From: an uncultured Christensenella sp.
GTDB taxonomy: Bacteria; Bacillota; Clostridia; Christensenellales; CAG-138
Reading direction: 5' to 3'
Length of the DNA stretch: 64,000 nucleotides
Assembly: GCA_964383635.1 (NCBI GenBank)
Contig: CAYLIG010000001.1
Coordinates: forward strand, 91,866-155,865
Positions 1 to 9,266 of the stretch are shown piece after piece (position 1 is the stretch's first letter; every line of letters starts with the position of its first letter). The translations under genes were made by a program, and so were the position numbers. The notes under the pieces were generated by a model. That model ran no database searches. It was given only the letters and a program-made list of their open reading frames with translations, and was not told where the DNA came from.

Positions 1-672
1 GGGCACTATGCCGACGCGACCGCCGAACACATGGTTCAGCCCGGTATGGTATATCTCTCCCAGCCGACGGAGATCGGCACGGTTTATTCCAAACAGGAAC
101 TGACGGACATCCGGGCGGTTTGCGACCGATACGATATGCCGCTTTATATCGACGGCGCGCGGCTCGGCAACTCGTTTGCGGCAGAGGGCGCGGACGTATT
201 TTTGCCGGAGCTTGCGAAGCTTGCAAGCGCGTTTTCCATCGGCGGGACGAAGATGGGCGCGCTGTTTGGCGAGGCGCTGGTGATCTGTTCTCCCGCGCTG
301 AAGAAGGATTTTCGCTATCACATGAAGCAGCGCGGCGGCATGCTCGCGAAAGGCCGCCTGCTCGGCATTCAGTTTGAAACGCTCTTTCAGGACGGACTTT
401 ACGACGAAATCGGCCGCCACGCGGTTGCGCAGGCGCAGCGGATCGCGGCGGGCGTGAAGGCGCGCGGATACGCGCTGTTTGCGGATTCCCCGACCAATCA
501 GGTGTTTCCGATTCTGCCGCGCAAGCTGCTTAGCGAGCTTTCGCACGAATTTGGTTATGCGTTCTGGCAGACAATCGACGACGAGTACGACGCGGTGCGC
601 TTCTGCGCCTCCTGGGCGACGCCCCCGGAGATGGTGGACGCGCTGCTGGACGCGATTCCGGAAAAAGCATAA
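1..672 (+). CDS. threonine aldolase / beta-eliminating lyase family PLP enzyme, 5' end cut by window edge
   Basis: Frame-1 ORF is open from nt 1 to TAA 670-672. C-terminal half (YIDGARLGN, IGGTKMGALFGEA, LAKGRLLGIQF, SWATPPEMVDALL) matches my memory of clostridial threonine-aldolase-family proteins. A hairpin terminator follows. Confidence 0.75.
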   Translation, partial: GHYADATAEHMVQPGMVYLSQPTEIGTVYSKQELTDIRAVCDRYDMPLYIDGARLGNSFAAEGADVFLPELAKLASAFSIGGTKMGALFGEALVICSPALKKDFRYHMKQRGGMLAKGRLLGIQFETLFQDGLYDEIGRHAVAQAQRIAAGVKARGYALFADSPTNQVFPILPRKLLSELSHEFGYAFWQTIDDEYDAVRFCASWATPPEMVDALLDAIPEKA

Positions 673-682
673 CGCGACATAT

Positions 683-710
683 AAAACCGGAGGCGAAAGC
701 CTCCGGTTTT
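683..710. terminator. bidirectional rho-independent terminator
   Basis: AAAA-CCGGAGG-cgaaag-CCTCCGG-TTTT lies between convergent genes. Confidence 0.8.
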
Positions 711-713
711 GCG

Positions 714-1388
714 TTACGCGGCGGCGACCGCGTTTTGTTTCGTTCGCTTGATTCGCTTGCCAAAGATGCGCAGACAGAGCAGCGCGAGCACAAGAAGCCC
801 GACGGCGAGCTGGATTGCGATGCTGATCGGGCGATAGTCCGCCCAGAAGGCGCGAAGAATCGCGTCCGTCAGTGAAAGCAGGATCGCCCCGGCGATTAGA
901 AACACGATGTTGCGCCGGGTCAGAAAGTCCCGCAGGCGCTTATTCGGAAACAGCAGCTTGAAGATGAGCGCGAACAGCCCGAAGAGCAGCGCCGCATTGA
1001 GCAGCACCCCGAGCAGCACCTGCCAGACAGGATTAAGCGCGGTAAACAGCAGGCCAAGCAGGGAAAGCAGAACCTTTCCGAGCGCCCAGAACGGCAGAAG
1101 TAGCGCGCCGCGCAGCACGGACGGACCCGCGAAAAAGAACATGCGCAGGCGGTCGCCGAATCGCAGTTTTTTCCCGGCGGCGGGGGAAACCGTGCCGGAC
1201 GAACGCTTGCCGTCTTCGCTTACCGCAACGGCGGAAACGACCTGCTGATCCTGCGGCGCGCCGGAAAACAGCTCGTCCGGCGAGGCGGCCAGCGACCCGA
1301 GCGCGAGCGAGCAGGCGGCGATCAGCCCCGCCCCGACGGCAACGGCTTTTTTGCCGTGTTTTTTCAGTTTAGTACGGAAATTGTTCAT
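714..1388 (-). CDS. hypothetical polytopic membrane protein
   Basis: ORF 714..1502. I prefer the ATG at 1388 (MNNFRTKLKKHGKK...), which is followed by a signal-like hydrophobic segment. The C-terminal half has several Leu-rich hydrophobic helices. No family recognised. Confidence 0.55.
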   Translation of the reverse strand: MNNFRTKLKKHGKKAVAVGAGLIAACSLALGSLAASPDELFSGAPQDQQVVSAVAVSEDGKRSSGTVSPAAGKKLRFGDRLRMFFFAGPSVLRGALLLPFWALGKVLLSLLGLLFTALNPVWQVLLGVLLNAALLFGLFALIFKLLFPNKRLRDFLTRRNIVFLIAGAILLSLTDAILRAFWADYRPISIAIQLAVGLLVLALLCLRIFGKRIKRTKQNAVAAA

Positions 1389-1482
1389 GCGCTGATTATA
1401 CGCTGCCCGACGCATTGGCGCAACCGCGCGGTAAAACGAACAAAAACAGCCGCCCGAAGGCGGCTGAGTGGAGATTATTTGA

Positions 1483-2259
1483 TTACGCGCCTCTTGCGGC
1501 AACCTGTTCGAGCACGGTTTTTCGGAACACCTCGCCGATGGGGGCGCTGATGCTCAGCGTCGCGCTGCCGGTGCGGCTGGTTGTGCCGAGGTTGATCACG
1601 ACGAGATTGCGTCCGCTGAAATAGTCGACAAGGCCCGCCGCCGGATAGACCGAAAGCGATGTTCCGCCGACGATCAGCGTGTCCGCCTTGCCCATCTGCT
1701 CGATGGCGCTGCGCAGTAATTTTTCGTTGAGCGGCTCTTCATAGAGCACCACGTCCGGCTTGATCACTCCGCCGCAACCGCAGGTCGGGATACCGGTCTT
1801 TTTCAGCACGTCCTGCAGCGAAAACGAACGCCCGCACTTCATGCAGTGGTTGCGGTGCACGCTGCCGTGCAGCTCCAGCACCGTCTTGCTGCCCGCCTTC
1901 TGATGCAGGCCGTCGATGTTTTGCGTAATGACGGCGGCAAGCAGCCCCTGCCGTTCGAGCTGTGCAAGTCCGCGGTGGCAGTCGTTCGGCTGCGCGTTTG
2001 GATGCAGCAGGTATTTGCGGTAGTATTCAAAGAACGTTTCGGTGTGCTTGAGAAAAAAAGTGCGGCTCAGCAGGGTTTCCGGCGGGTAGCCGTAGTTCCG
2101 CATGGCCGCAAACACACCGTCTCCCGAACGAAAATCCGGGATGCCGCTCTCGGTGGACGTGCCCGCTCCGCCGAGAAACACCACGCGCCGCGAACGCGCG
2201 AGGATTCGCTTCAGCTCCTGAATACCGGATAACGCTTCTTCGTTAATCACGACAGACAC
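1483..2259 (-). CDS. cobB: NAD-dependent protein deacylase, Sir2/CobB family
   Basis: GAGTSTESGIPDFRS, QNIDGLH and a Zn ribbon (CMKCG...CGCGG) are present. The ORF is open to 2445, but the Sir2 domain starts near aa 75. GTG starts at 2259 or 2250 sit after an AAGAGAG RBS-like run. Start uncertain. Confidence 0.8.
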   Translation of the reverse strand: MSVVINEEALSGIQELKRILARSRRVVFLGGAGTSTESGIPDFRSGDGVFAAMRNYGYPPETLLSRTFFLKHTETFFEYYRKYLLHPNAQPNDCHRGLAQLERQGLLAAVITQNIDGLHQKAGSKTVLELHGSVHRNHCMKCGRSFSLQDVLKKTGIPTCGCGGVIKPDVVLYEEPLNEKLLRSAIEQMGKADTLIVGGTSLSVYPAAGLVDYFSGRNLVVINLGTTSRTGSATLSISAPIGEVFRKTVLEQVAARGA

Positions 2260-2537
2260 TCTCTTTTCTGCAATTAAATTCGTACGATCGTATGCCGGAA
2301 TCGGCTTGGAATTGCTGACGGAAATTACTTTGTTTTTTATATTGTAGCACGTTTTACGGCATAAGACGCATGAATTCTGCAACAAAATTGTGACTTGCGG
2401 GAGGAGATCGCGCGTCCGTGCTCCTTTTTCCAGGGAAACGCTCATAAAATCCGAAAAATATGCGATTTACCGCACAACGCGCAAAAAAGATGCAAATTTG
2501 CGCCATCTCTTTTGAGTGGATTCCATACAGACGCATG

Positions 2538-2546
2538 TGTTAGAAT
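2538..2546 (+). promoter_or_regulatory. extended -10 element (TGtTAGAAT) 6 nt upstream of the mtaD ATG; possible leaderless transcript
   Basis: TAGAAT at 2541-2546 is preceded by TGt. The ATG is at 2553 and no purine-rich SD lies between them (gatccc). Confidence 0.35.
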
Positions 2547-2552
2547 GATCCC

Positions 2553-3818
2553 ATGAATACGAAATTTTACAACGCCAGAATTCTCCCGCTGGACGGGCAT
2601 ACGCCGCTGTTTTCCGGCGAGCTGATCGTGTCCGGCGGACGCGTTGCCGCGCTGGGCGAGCGCTGCGATTTTGACGGCGCGTTCGAGCGCGAGATCGACT
2701 GCGGCGGGAACCTGATTATGCCGGGGTTTAAAAACGCGCATACGCACAGCGCCATGACGTTTCTGCGTTCGTTGGCGGACGATCTGCCGCTGCAGCGCTG
2801 GCTAAGCGAGCAGGTGTTTCCCAAGGAGGCGCAGCTTACGCCGGACGACGTATATGTGCTGACCAAGCTCGCCATCCTCGAATATCTCACCAGCGGCATC
2901 ACGATGATGTTCGACATGTATTTTTATCGCGACAGCATCGCGCAGGCGGCAATCGACACCGGCTTTCGCGCCGCGCTGGTCGGCTGCGCGAACGATTACG
3001 GCGGCTCGGCGAAAGAGACGGCGCAGGAATACGATCGCTTTTCGAAGATAAACCCGCTGATCTCTTACCGGCTCGGCTTTCACGCGGAGTATACGACGAG
3101 CGAGCCGCTGCTGCGCGATCTGGCCGATATGGTGCAGTCTATCAAGCAGCCGTTTTACACGCACCTGAACGAGACGGCGGCGGAGGTCGAAAGCTGCGTG
3201 CGGCACAGCGGCATGCGCACGATTGAATACCTCGACAATATGGGTCTGTTTAACTTCGGCGGCGGCGGATACCATTGCGTGCACGTTTCCGAGCGCGAGA
3301 TGGAGATTCTCTCCGCGCGCGGAATGACAGTCGTCACCTGCCCGGGTTCGAACGTGAAGCTCGCCAGCGGCGTGGCGCCGGTCTATGAATATCTCCGGCG
3401 CGGCATCCCCGTCGCTATCGGCACGGACGGACCGGCGAGCAACAACTGCCTGGATATGTTCCGAGAGATGTTTCTCACCACCGGCCTGCAAAAGCTCGAA
3501 CACGGCGCGGAGGCCGTGGACGCGGAGGACGTGCTGACCATGGCTTGCCGAAACGGCGCGTACGCCTGCGGGTTTGACGAGTGCGACTGCCTCGCCGCGG
3601 GAAAACAGGCGGATCTGATTCTGATCGATCTGAAGCAGCCGAACATGCAGCCGCTCAACAACATCGAAAAAAACGTCGTCTACAGCGGCAGCAAGCAAAA
3701 CGTTGCGCTGACCATGATCGCGGGAAAGATTCTCTACGAACGCGGCGAATTCTTCGTTGGCGACGATCCGGAGCGCATCTACGCAGAGGCGAACCGCATC
3801 ATTCGCGGCATGAAATAG
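2553..3818 (+). CDS. mtaD: amidohydrolase; 5'-methylthioadenosine/S-adenosylhomocysteine deaminase-like
   Basis: 421 aa. Contains the PGFKNAHTHSAMTFLRSLADDLPLQRWL metal-binding motif, HLNET and GTDGPASNN, typical of the MtaD/chlorohydrolase subgroup. Confidence 0.8.
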   Translation: MNTKFYNARILPLDGHTPLFSGELIVSGGRVAALGERCDFDGAFEREIDCGGNLIMPGFKNAHTHSAMTFLRSLADDLPLQRWLSEQVFPKEAQLTPDDVYVLTKLAILEYLTSGITMMFDMYFYRDSIAQAAIDTGFRAALVGCANDYGGSAKETAQEYDRFSKINPLISYRLGFHAEYTTSEPLLRDLADMVQSIKQPFYTHLNETAAEVESCVRHSGMRTIEYLDNMGLFNFGGGGYHCVHVSEREMEILSARGMTVVTCPGSNVKLASGVAPVYEYLRRGIPVAIGTDGPASNNCLDMFREMFLTTGLQKLEHGAEAVDAEDVLTMACRNGAYACGFDECDCLAAGKQADLILIDLKQPNMQPLNNIEKNVVYSGSKQNVALTMIAGKILYERGEFFVGDDPERIYAEANRIIRGMK

Positions 3819-3852
3819 CGCGCCGGACTTTGTTACAAAAGGACATGAACCA

Positions 3853-4584
3853 ATGACGATATTGCAAAAGATCGCCCCGCTGTTTTCCGGTTGGGACGAA
3901 ACGCTGATCCGGTCCGTTTTGCAGGGACACATGGGTACGGCTATTGTCGACGACGAGGAAAATCCCCGTTCCGCGCAGGTTGTCGTCGGTGGGTTCTGCT
4001 TTTTTGCGGGGCAGCCGAGCGAAGAGCTCGTGCTGAAAGCCGGCGCGCCGGAGCTCGTGCCGCAAAACGACGAATGGGGCGCGGCCATCGAGCGAATACT
4101 GGGCGAGCGCGCCGCAAAGCGCCTGCGCTACGCGATTAAAAAGGAGCCGGACGCGTTCAACCGCGACACGCTGCAATACTATGTCGACGCATTGCCTGCG
4201 GAGTATGAGCTCCAGCTGTTCGACGGGGACGTCTACGCCCAGTCGTTTCGCGAAGACTGGTCGCGTGATTTTTGCGATTGTTTCCGGAGCTGTGAAGATT
4301 TCTTGCGCCGCGGGGTCGGCGCCGCCGTGCTCAAGGACGGCGTGCTTGTCTCCGGCGCGAGCAGTTACGCCGTATACGACGGCGGGTTCGAGATTGAAAT
4401 CGACACCATGCCGGACTACCGGCAGAGGGGGCTTGCGACCGTCTGCGGCGCGCGGCTGATCCTCGAGGCGCTGAAGCGCGGCCTGTATCCGAGCTGGGAC
4501 GCGTTCGACCTTCGCAGCGTGGCGCTCGCGGAAAAGCTCGGCTATCATGTTGAACACCCGTACGCCGTCTACATGATGCGCTGA
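3853..4584 (+). CDS. GNAT family N-acetyltransferase (PF12746-like)
   Basis: 243 aa. The C-terminal RQRGLATVCGARLILEALKRGLYPSWDA..N..S..LAEKLGY is an acetyl-CoA-binding GNAT core. The long antisense ORF 3799..4599 is judged a shadow. Confidence 0.7.
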   Translation: MTILQKIAPLFSGWDETLIRSVLQGHMGTAIVDDEENPRSAQVVVGGFCFFAGQPSEELVLKAGAPELVPQNDEWGAAIERILGERAAKRLRYAIKKEPDAFNRDTLQYYVDALPAEYELQLFDGDVYAQSFREDWSRDFCDCFRSCEDFLRRGVGAAVLKDGVLVSGASSYAVYDGGFEIEIDTMPDYRQRGLATVCGARLILEALKRGLYPSWDAFDLRSVALAEKLGYHVEHPYAVYMMR

Positions 4585-4613
4585 CAAAATAAAAATCAAA
4601 CAGCGAACAAAAA

Positions 4614-4649
4614 AGTATCCCGCAAAACGATGCGGGATACTCTTTTTTG
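4614..4649. terminator. bidirectional rho-independent terminator
   Basis: AGTATCCCGC-aaaacgat-GCGGGATACT has an A-run upstream and a CTTTTTTG run downstream. It lies between the GNAT gene (+) and rpsI (-). Confidence 0.85.
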
Positions 4650-4678
4650 TCGTTGGAATGTGTCCGGCAGAGGAGAGA

Positions 4679-5071
4679 TTATCTCTTGCTGAACTGGGGC
4701 GCTCTGCGGGCTGCGTGCAGGCCGTACTTTTTGCGCTCCTTCATGCGCGGATCGCGCGTGAGGTAACCAGCCTTTTTGAGGGCGGGACGCAGCGCGGGTT
4801 CCGCAACGAGCAGCGCGCGGGCGATGCCGTGGCGGATTGCGCCGGCCTGACCCGTGGTGCCGCCGCCGTAAACGTTGACGAAAACGTCAAACTTTGCGAG
4901 CGTGTCGGTGAGGGTAAGCGGTGCGCGAACGATCATCTTCAGCGTTTCCATGCCAAAGTAGTCGTCCAGCTCGCGCTTGTTGATCGTAATATTGCCGCTG
5001 CCGGGGAGCAACCGAACGCGGGCAATCGACTTTTTACGTCTGCCTGTACCAAGATATTGCGTACTTGCCAT
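4679..5071 (-). CDS. rpsI: 30S ribosomal protein S9
   Basis: 130 aa: [21 protein letters not shown]...[25 protein letters not shown]. Confidence 0.97.
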   Translation of the reverse strand: MASTQYLGTGRRKKSIARVRLLPGSGNITINKRELDDYFGMETLKMIVRAPLTLTDTLAKFDVFVNVYGGGTTGQAGAIRHGIARALLVAEPALRPALKKAGYLTRDPRMKERKKYGLHAARRAPQFSKR

Positions 5072-5090
5072 GTTCTTGTCTCTCCTTTCG

Positions 5091-5522
5091 TTACTTCAGC
5101 GTAAGCGGCTGGGGCATCTGTGCGGCGTTGCTGTGCTCGGGGCCCGCGTAAATGCGGAGCTTTTTGAGCATCTTGTCGCCGAGCGGGCCTTTCGGCATCA
5201 TGCGACGGATTGACTCGTAAACCGCAAACTCCGGCTTGGTGGCGAGCAGCGTGCGATAGCTGACCTCGCGGATGCCGCCCGGATAACCGGTGTGGTGGAT
5301 GTACTTCTTTTGGTCGAGTTTCTTGCCGGTGAGACGAACCTTGCTCGCGTTGACGATGATCACGTGGTCGCCGGTGTCGACGTGCGGGGTGTATATGGGC
5401 TTGTGCTTCCCTCTGAGAATGGCTGCTACCTGGGACGAAAGGCGGCCTAAGACCATATCCTGTGCGTCCACAACATACCAGCTGCGCTCGACGGTTTCGC
5501 CCTTTGCCATATAGGATTTCAT
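5091..5522 (-). CDS. rplM: 50S ribosomal protein L13
   Basis: 143 aa: [19 protein letters not shown]...[28 protein letters not shown]. Sits directly upstream of rpsI. Confidence 0.97.
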   Translation of the reverse strand: MKSYMAKGETVERSWYVVDAQDMVLGRLSSQVAAILRGKHKPIYTPHVDTGDHVIIVNASKVRLTGKKLDQKKYIHHTGYPGGIREVSYRTLLATKPEFAVYESIRRMMPKGPLGDKMLKKLRIYAGPEHSNAAQMPQPLTLK

Positions 5523-5610
5523 GGCGATTCCTCCATCATATCATTTCGTTTCCGTTGTGTTCTTGAGCGCACACTCCCGGGGCTGTGGCAGTACTCGACC
5601 CAATGGCACA
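5523..5610 (-). promoter_or_regulatory. rplM 5' UTR (about 90 nt), candidate L13-type ribosomal-protein leader
   Basis: A long untranslated stretch lies between a near-consensus promoter and the rplM RBS (GGAGGAATCGCC ATG). Structure was not verified. Confidence 0.3.
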
Positions 5611-5616
5611 CCGAAT

Positions 5617-5645
5617 AGTTTAACAAACGGTCAGGGTGGTGTCAA
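5617..5645 (-). promoter_or_regulatory. sigma-70-type promoter of rplM-rpsI
   Basis: On the minus strand: TTGACA, 17 nt, TAAACT. Confidence 0.7.
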
Positions 5646-5701
5646 CCCTGAAATTGCCGAAATGTCAGGTGTTTTTCAGACAAATTTGACACGGCGGCGA
5701 T

Positions 5702-6838
5702 TCAGAGGATCGCGCGGTAGACGTCCGCGACCGTCCGCGCCCAGCGAGAAAGCGAATATGTGTCCGTAACGGCGCGTCCCGTCTGCTCCAGCGCGTCGTA
5801 AACCGCGGAGGAATCCGGGGCAAAAAGCACGCGTTCCAGCGCCTCGGAAAGCGCGCCCGCGTCGCGCGGCGAAAAAAATGCGCTTTGCGGCAGCGCGAGA
5901 TCACGCTGCGCGTCGATGTTGCTGGCGAGCACCGGCGTGCGGCAGTACGCTGCCTCGATGAGCGCATAACAGAAACCCTCCTGCCGGCTCGGCGAGAGGA
6001 ACACATCCGCCATGTGGTAGCAGGAGGCGACGTCCTCGCGCGGGGGCAGCAGATAAACCCAGTTCGGCGGGGCGGAAACGCCCAGCTGCGCGCAGAGCTT
6101 GCCGCGCACCTCCTCAAGATGGGAGGAGACGACAACGGCGAGGCAGACCGGCATGCCCGTGCGCTCCCGCAGCAGGCGAACGGCGTCCACCGCCAGATCC
6201 ACGCCCTTGACTTCATAGTTGTAGCCGAACATCAACGCAAGCTTCGCTTCTTGCGGCAGCGCGAGGGCCGCGCGTGCGCCGGGGTCGAACGAATCCAGCC
6301 GCGCAAACGAAATCGCGTTTTCGGCGACGGTGACGCGTTCTCGCGGCACGCCGTCCGCAATCAGGTGCTCGGCGACCGAGCGGCTGCAGCAGACAAAGCG
6401 CGACACGGCGGAAAAATACAGCCGGTGCGGCAGGCGCAGAAGCGCGTTTTTGGGCAGCTCGATGTGGTTATGCAAATGCAACACCGTCTTCACGCGGTGG
6501 CCGCAGGTGCAGGATGCGTACAGCGCGGCGAGCTTTTCGCGAAAATGAATGAAGTGCGCGTGCAGAATATCGGCATTGTTTTCGCGAAGAAGCCGACGCA
6601 CCTGACGCGCGTAGGCAAAAAATCCATTCCGTTCGATGCAGCGAACGTTGGTCTGCTGCATCATCGCCTGCACCCAGGGCCTTTCGGCAGCGCGGCGCGG
6701 AAAGACATAGACCATGCCGGTTCCGCGTTCGGCAAGCAGCCGCTCCAGCGCGCGGAGCGACGCGACAAAGTTGCCCTCGTAGGGGGCGCCGTAATCGGTC
6801 AGATGCAGGATACAGCGGGGCGTCGGCTGTGCGTTCAT
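5702..6838 (-). CDS. glycosyltransferase family 4 (GT-B, group 1)
   Basis: EGFCYALIEAAYCRTPVLASNI resembles the EX7E region of GT4 enzymes. I prefer the ATG at 6838 (MNAQPT...), which has GAAAGG 8 nt upstream. Confidence 0.8.
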   Translation of the reverse strand: MNAQPTPRCILHLTDYGAPYEGNFVASLRALERLLAERGTGMVYVFPRRAAERPWVQAMMQQTNVRCIERNGFFAYARQVRRLLRENNADILHAHFIHFREKLAALYASCTCGHRVKTVLHLHNHIELPKNALLRLPHRLYFSAVSRFVCCSRSVAEHLIADGVPRERVTVAENAISFARLDSFDPGARAALALPQEAKLALMFGYNYEVKGVDLAVDAVRLLRERTGMPVCLAVVVSSHLEEVRGKLCAQLGVSAPPNWVYLLPPREDVASCYHMADVFLSPSRQEGFCYALIEAAYCRTPVLASNIDAQRDLALPQSAFFSPRDAGALSEALERVLFAPDSSAVYDALEQTGRAVTDTYSLSRWARTVADVYRAIL

Positions 6839-7085
6839 TGTTGGGCCTTTCTGTGCCGTCGCGGGCGATTTGCCCCGGCGGCTGGATGAAAACATACTTA
6901 TTATACAGGAAGGCGCGCGCTTTGCTCAACTGAATTCGGAACAAGCGGCTGAAACAACTGCGTTTTGGGGAGAGCGAGTGAAAAATATATCATATGATAT
7001 ATTTTCAGCTGCGTTAAGTTGAACGCGTTTTGACAGTAAAAAATATGATATAGTGAAATTATCAAGTGAAGGAGGGGATTTGAAG

Positions 7086-8780
7086 ATGATTCGTAAACTA
7101 ACCGTGATTCTCCTGGTCGTCCTGCTTGCGTTTTCGGTTGCGTGTAAAAAGCCGGACGCGGTTACCGTTGCAGACATAACGCCGACGCCGGAAGCTACCG
7201 CAGCACCGACCCCCGAACCGGCACTGGACAAGGATCTTGCGATCCTGTATACCAACGACGTGCACTGCGCGGTGGACAGCGGCATCGGCTACGCCGGTGT
7301 GGCAGCGCTCAAAAAGCAGCTGCTTGACGAAGGCTGCTATGTGGCGCTTGTTGACGCGGGCGACGCCGTGCAGGGCGACGCCATCGGCACGCTCTCGAAG
7401 GGCAGCTACATCGTCGACATTATGAATGAAGTCGGCTACGACGTCATGACACCGGGCAACCATGAATTCGACTATGGCATGGATCGCTTTTTCGAGCTGC
7501 GGGATATGGCGAAGTTCCCGATCGTTTCGGCAAACTTCGTCGATCTGGCGACCGGCAAACCGGTGCTCGACCAGTTCGCGATGCTCACGTTCAACGGCGT
7601 CAACGTCGCGTTTGTCGGTGTCAGCACGCCGATGACCATCTCGACCTCCACGCCCGCGTTCTTCCAGGATGCGAGCGGAAACTTCATCTACGGCTTTAGT
7701 CAGAAGGACGGCGCGGACGCGTTCTACGCGGTGATCCAGAGTGCCGTGGATGCGGCGGCCGCCGCCGGCGCGGACTACGTCGTCGCGCTGTCGCACCTTG
7801 GCATCGACGCCTCGACCTCGCCCTATACCTCAAGCGAGCTCATTGAAAACACGCGCGGCATCGATGTGGTGATCGACGGACACTCCCACAGCACGGTGGA
7901 ATGCGAGCGCGTGAAGAACCTCGACGGCGATCGCGTGCTGCTCACGCAGACCGGCACCAAGCTGCAGGCGGTCGGGCTTCTCTACATCACCAAGGACGGC
8001 AGCATGTCCACGGGGCTTATCTCCGACTACACGGAGAAGGACGCGGACACCGAAGCGTATATCGCGCAGATTCAGGCGCAGTTTGAAGACCTGCTCAACG
8101 AAGTTGTCGCAAGGACGGACGTCGATCTGACCATCTTCGAGCCGGGCACCGATCCCGCCGTTCGCATCGTTCGCAACAGCGAGACGAATCTCGGCGACCT
8201 CTGCGCGGACGCCTACCGCTATATTTCCGGCGCGGATATCGCGTTTGTCAACGGCGGTGGCGTGCGCACGAGCATCCCGATGGGAGACATCACCTATGGC
8301 GCAATTATCAAGGTGCACCCGTTTGGCAACGAGCTTTGCATGGTTGAGGCGACCGGACAGGAAATTCTGGACGCGCTGGAACTGGGCGCTCGGGTGACGC
8401 CGGCGGAGAGCGGCGGATTTTTACAGGTCTCCGGACTGACATATGAAATCCATACCTACATCCCGTCGTCCGTCACGCTGGACGAAAACAACATGTTTGT
8501 GAGCGTGGACGGCGAATACCGCGTGAAAAACGTGATGGTCGGCGGCGAGCCGCTCGATCTGAACAAGACCTACACGCTGGCGAGCCATAACTACATGCTC
8601 AAAAACGCGGGCGACGGCTATACCATGTTCCAGGACAACAAGTACCTGCTGGATTCCATCATGATCGACAACCAGGTGCTCATCAACTATATTGTGGAAG
8701 GTCTTGGCGGCGTCGTCGGCGAAGCGTATGCCGATCCGTACGGGCAGGGGCGCATCGTCGCGGTGGAATCCGCGCCGTAA
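7086..8780 (+). CDS. bifunctional metallophosphatase/5'-nucleotidase lipoprotein
   Basis: Lipobox LAFSVAC follows MIRKLTVILLVVLL. Also has a P/T/A linker, the metallophosphoesterase motifs DVHCAV, GDAVQGD and GNHEFD, and a C-terminal 5'-nucleotidase domain. A GAAGGAGGGG RBS precedes the ATG at 7086. Confidence 0.9.
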   Translation: MIRKLTVILLVVLLAFSVACKKPDAVTVADITPTPEATAAPTPEPALDKDLAILYTNDVHCAVDSGIGYAGVAALKKQLLDEGCYVALVDAGDAVQGDAIGTLSKGSYIVDIMNEVGYDVMTPGNHEFDYGMDRFFELRDMAKFPIVSANFVDLATGKPVLDQFAMLTFNGVNVAFVGVSTPMTISTSTPAFFQDASGNFIYGFSQKDGADAFYAVIQSAVDAAAAAGADYVVALSHLGIDASTSPYTSSELIENTRGIDVVIDGHSHSTVECERVKNLDGDRVLLTQTGTKLQAVGLLYITKDGSMSTGLISDYTEKDADTEAYIAQIQAQFEDLLNEVVARTDVDLTIFEPGTDPAVRIVRNSETNLGDLCADAYRYISGADIAFVNGGGVRTSIPMGDITYGAIIKVHPFGNELCMVEATGQEILDALELGARVTPAESGGFLQVSGLTYEIHTYIPSSVTLDENNMFVSVDGEYRVKNVMVGGEPLDLNKTYTLASHNYMLKNAGDGYTMFQDNKYLLDSIMIDNQVLINYIVEGLGGVVGEAYADPYGQGRIVAVESAP

Positions 8781-8817
8781 CGAGTCCAATCAACTCAGCG
8801 CAGCAACGCAACAAACA

Positions 8818-8846
8818 AAGCGGCCGGAACATTCCGGCCGCTTTTG
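8818..8846. terminator. bidirectional rho-independent terminator
   Basis: AGCGGCCGG-aacatt-CCGGCCGCT-TTTG with AAA upstream, between convergent genes. Confidence 0.8.
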
Positions 8847-8863
8847 CTGTATCGCAGCGTGGG

Positions 8864-9262
8864 TTAGATTGCTTTCAATCGTTGAAGCAGCTCGTCAAAC
8901 GGGCAGACGACGCGCTCGACGGCGGGGTGATGATAAAACACGCAGAAGCCCTCCGTCCCGTCAAACGGCGCGCTTGATGCGGACCAGAGCAGGATACGCT
9001 TTTGTTCGCTCGTCGCCAGCGCGATGCCGAGCTCCGCGTGCGTGCCAAACCGCCCGGGCAGCAGCAGCACGACGAGATCCGCCTCCGCGACGCCGCGCGA
9101 TTCCAGCGCGGCGACCTCGCGCTTGCGCTCGGGCGTGTTTTTGGAAACGTCCCCGTGTTTAGTCCAGTCGTAGGTGCGCTCGTGCCCGGCTTCGGTCAGC
9201 GCGGCGGCGGCAAGGTTCACCTTTTCGGCGTTTGATACGCCGCTTGCAACGTAAAACTTCAT
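8864..9262 (-). CDS. nucleoside 2-deoxyribosyltransferase-like protein
   Basis: 132 aa from the ATG at 9262 (MKFYVASGVS...DLVVLLLPGRFGTHAELGIALA), 5 nt after the tdk stop. The upstream extension of the ORF overlaps tdk and is Arg/Ser/Ala junk. Confidence 0.7.
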   Translation of the reverse strand: MKFYVASGVSNAEKVNLAAAALTEAGHERTYDWTKHGDVSKNTPERKREVAALESRGVAEADLVVLLLPGRFGTHAELGIALATSEQKRILLWSASSAPFDGTEGFCVFYHHPAVERVVCPFDELLQRLKAI

Positions 9263-9266
9263 GCGC

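Noticed and set aside
1483-2445. Sir2-domain protein as a defence-system component (Thoeris/DSR-like)
   Set aside because: It has the size, Zn-ribbon and motif layout of a stand-alone CobB-type deacylase. There is no fused or neighbouring TIR, SLOG, helicase or other effector gene.
2802-4088. 428-aa minus-strand ORF spanning mtaD and the GNAT gene
   Set aside because: It crosses an intergenic region between two well-supported plus-strand genes. Its composition is shadow-like.
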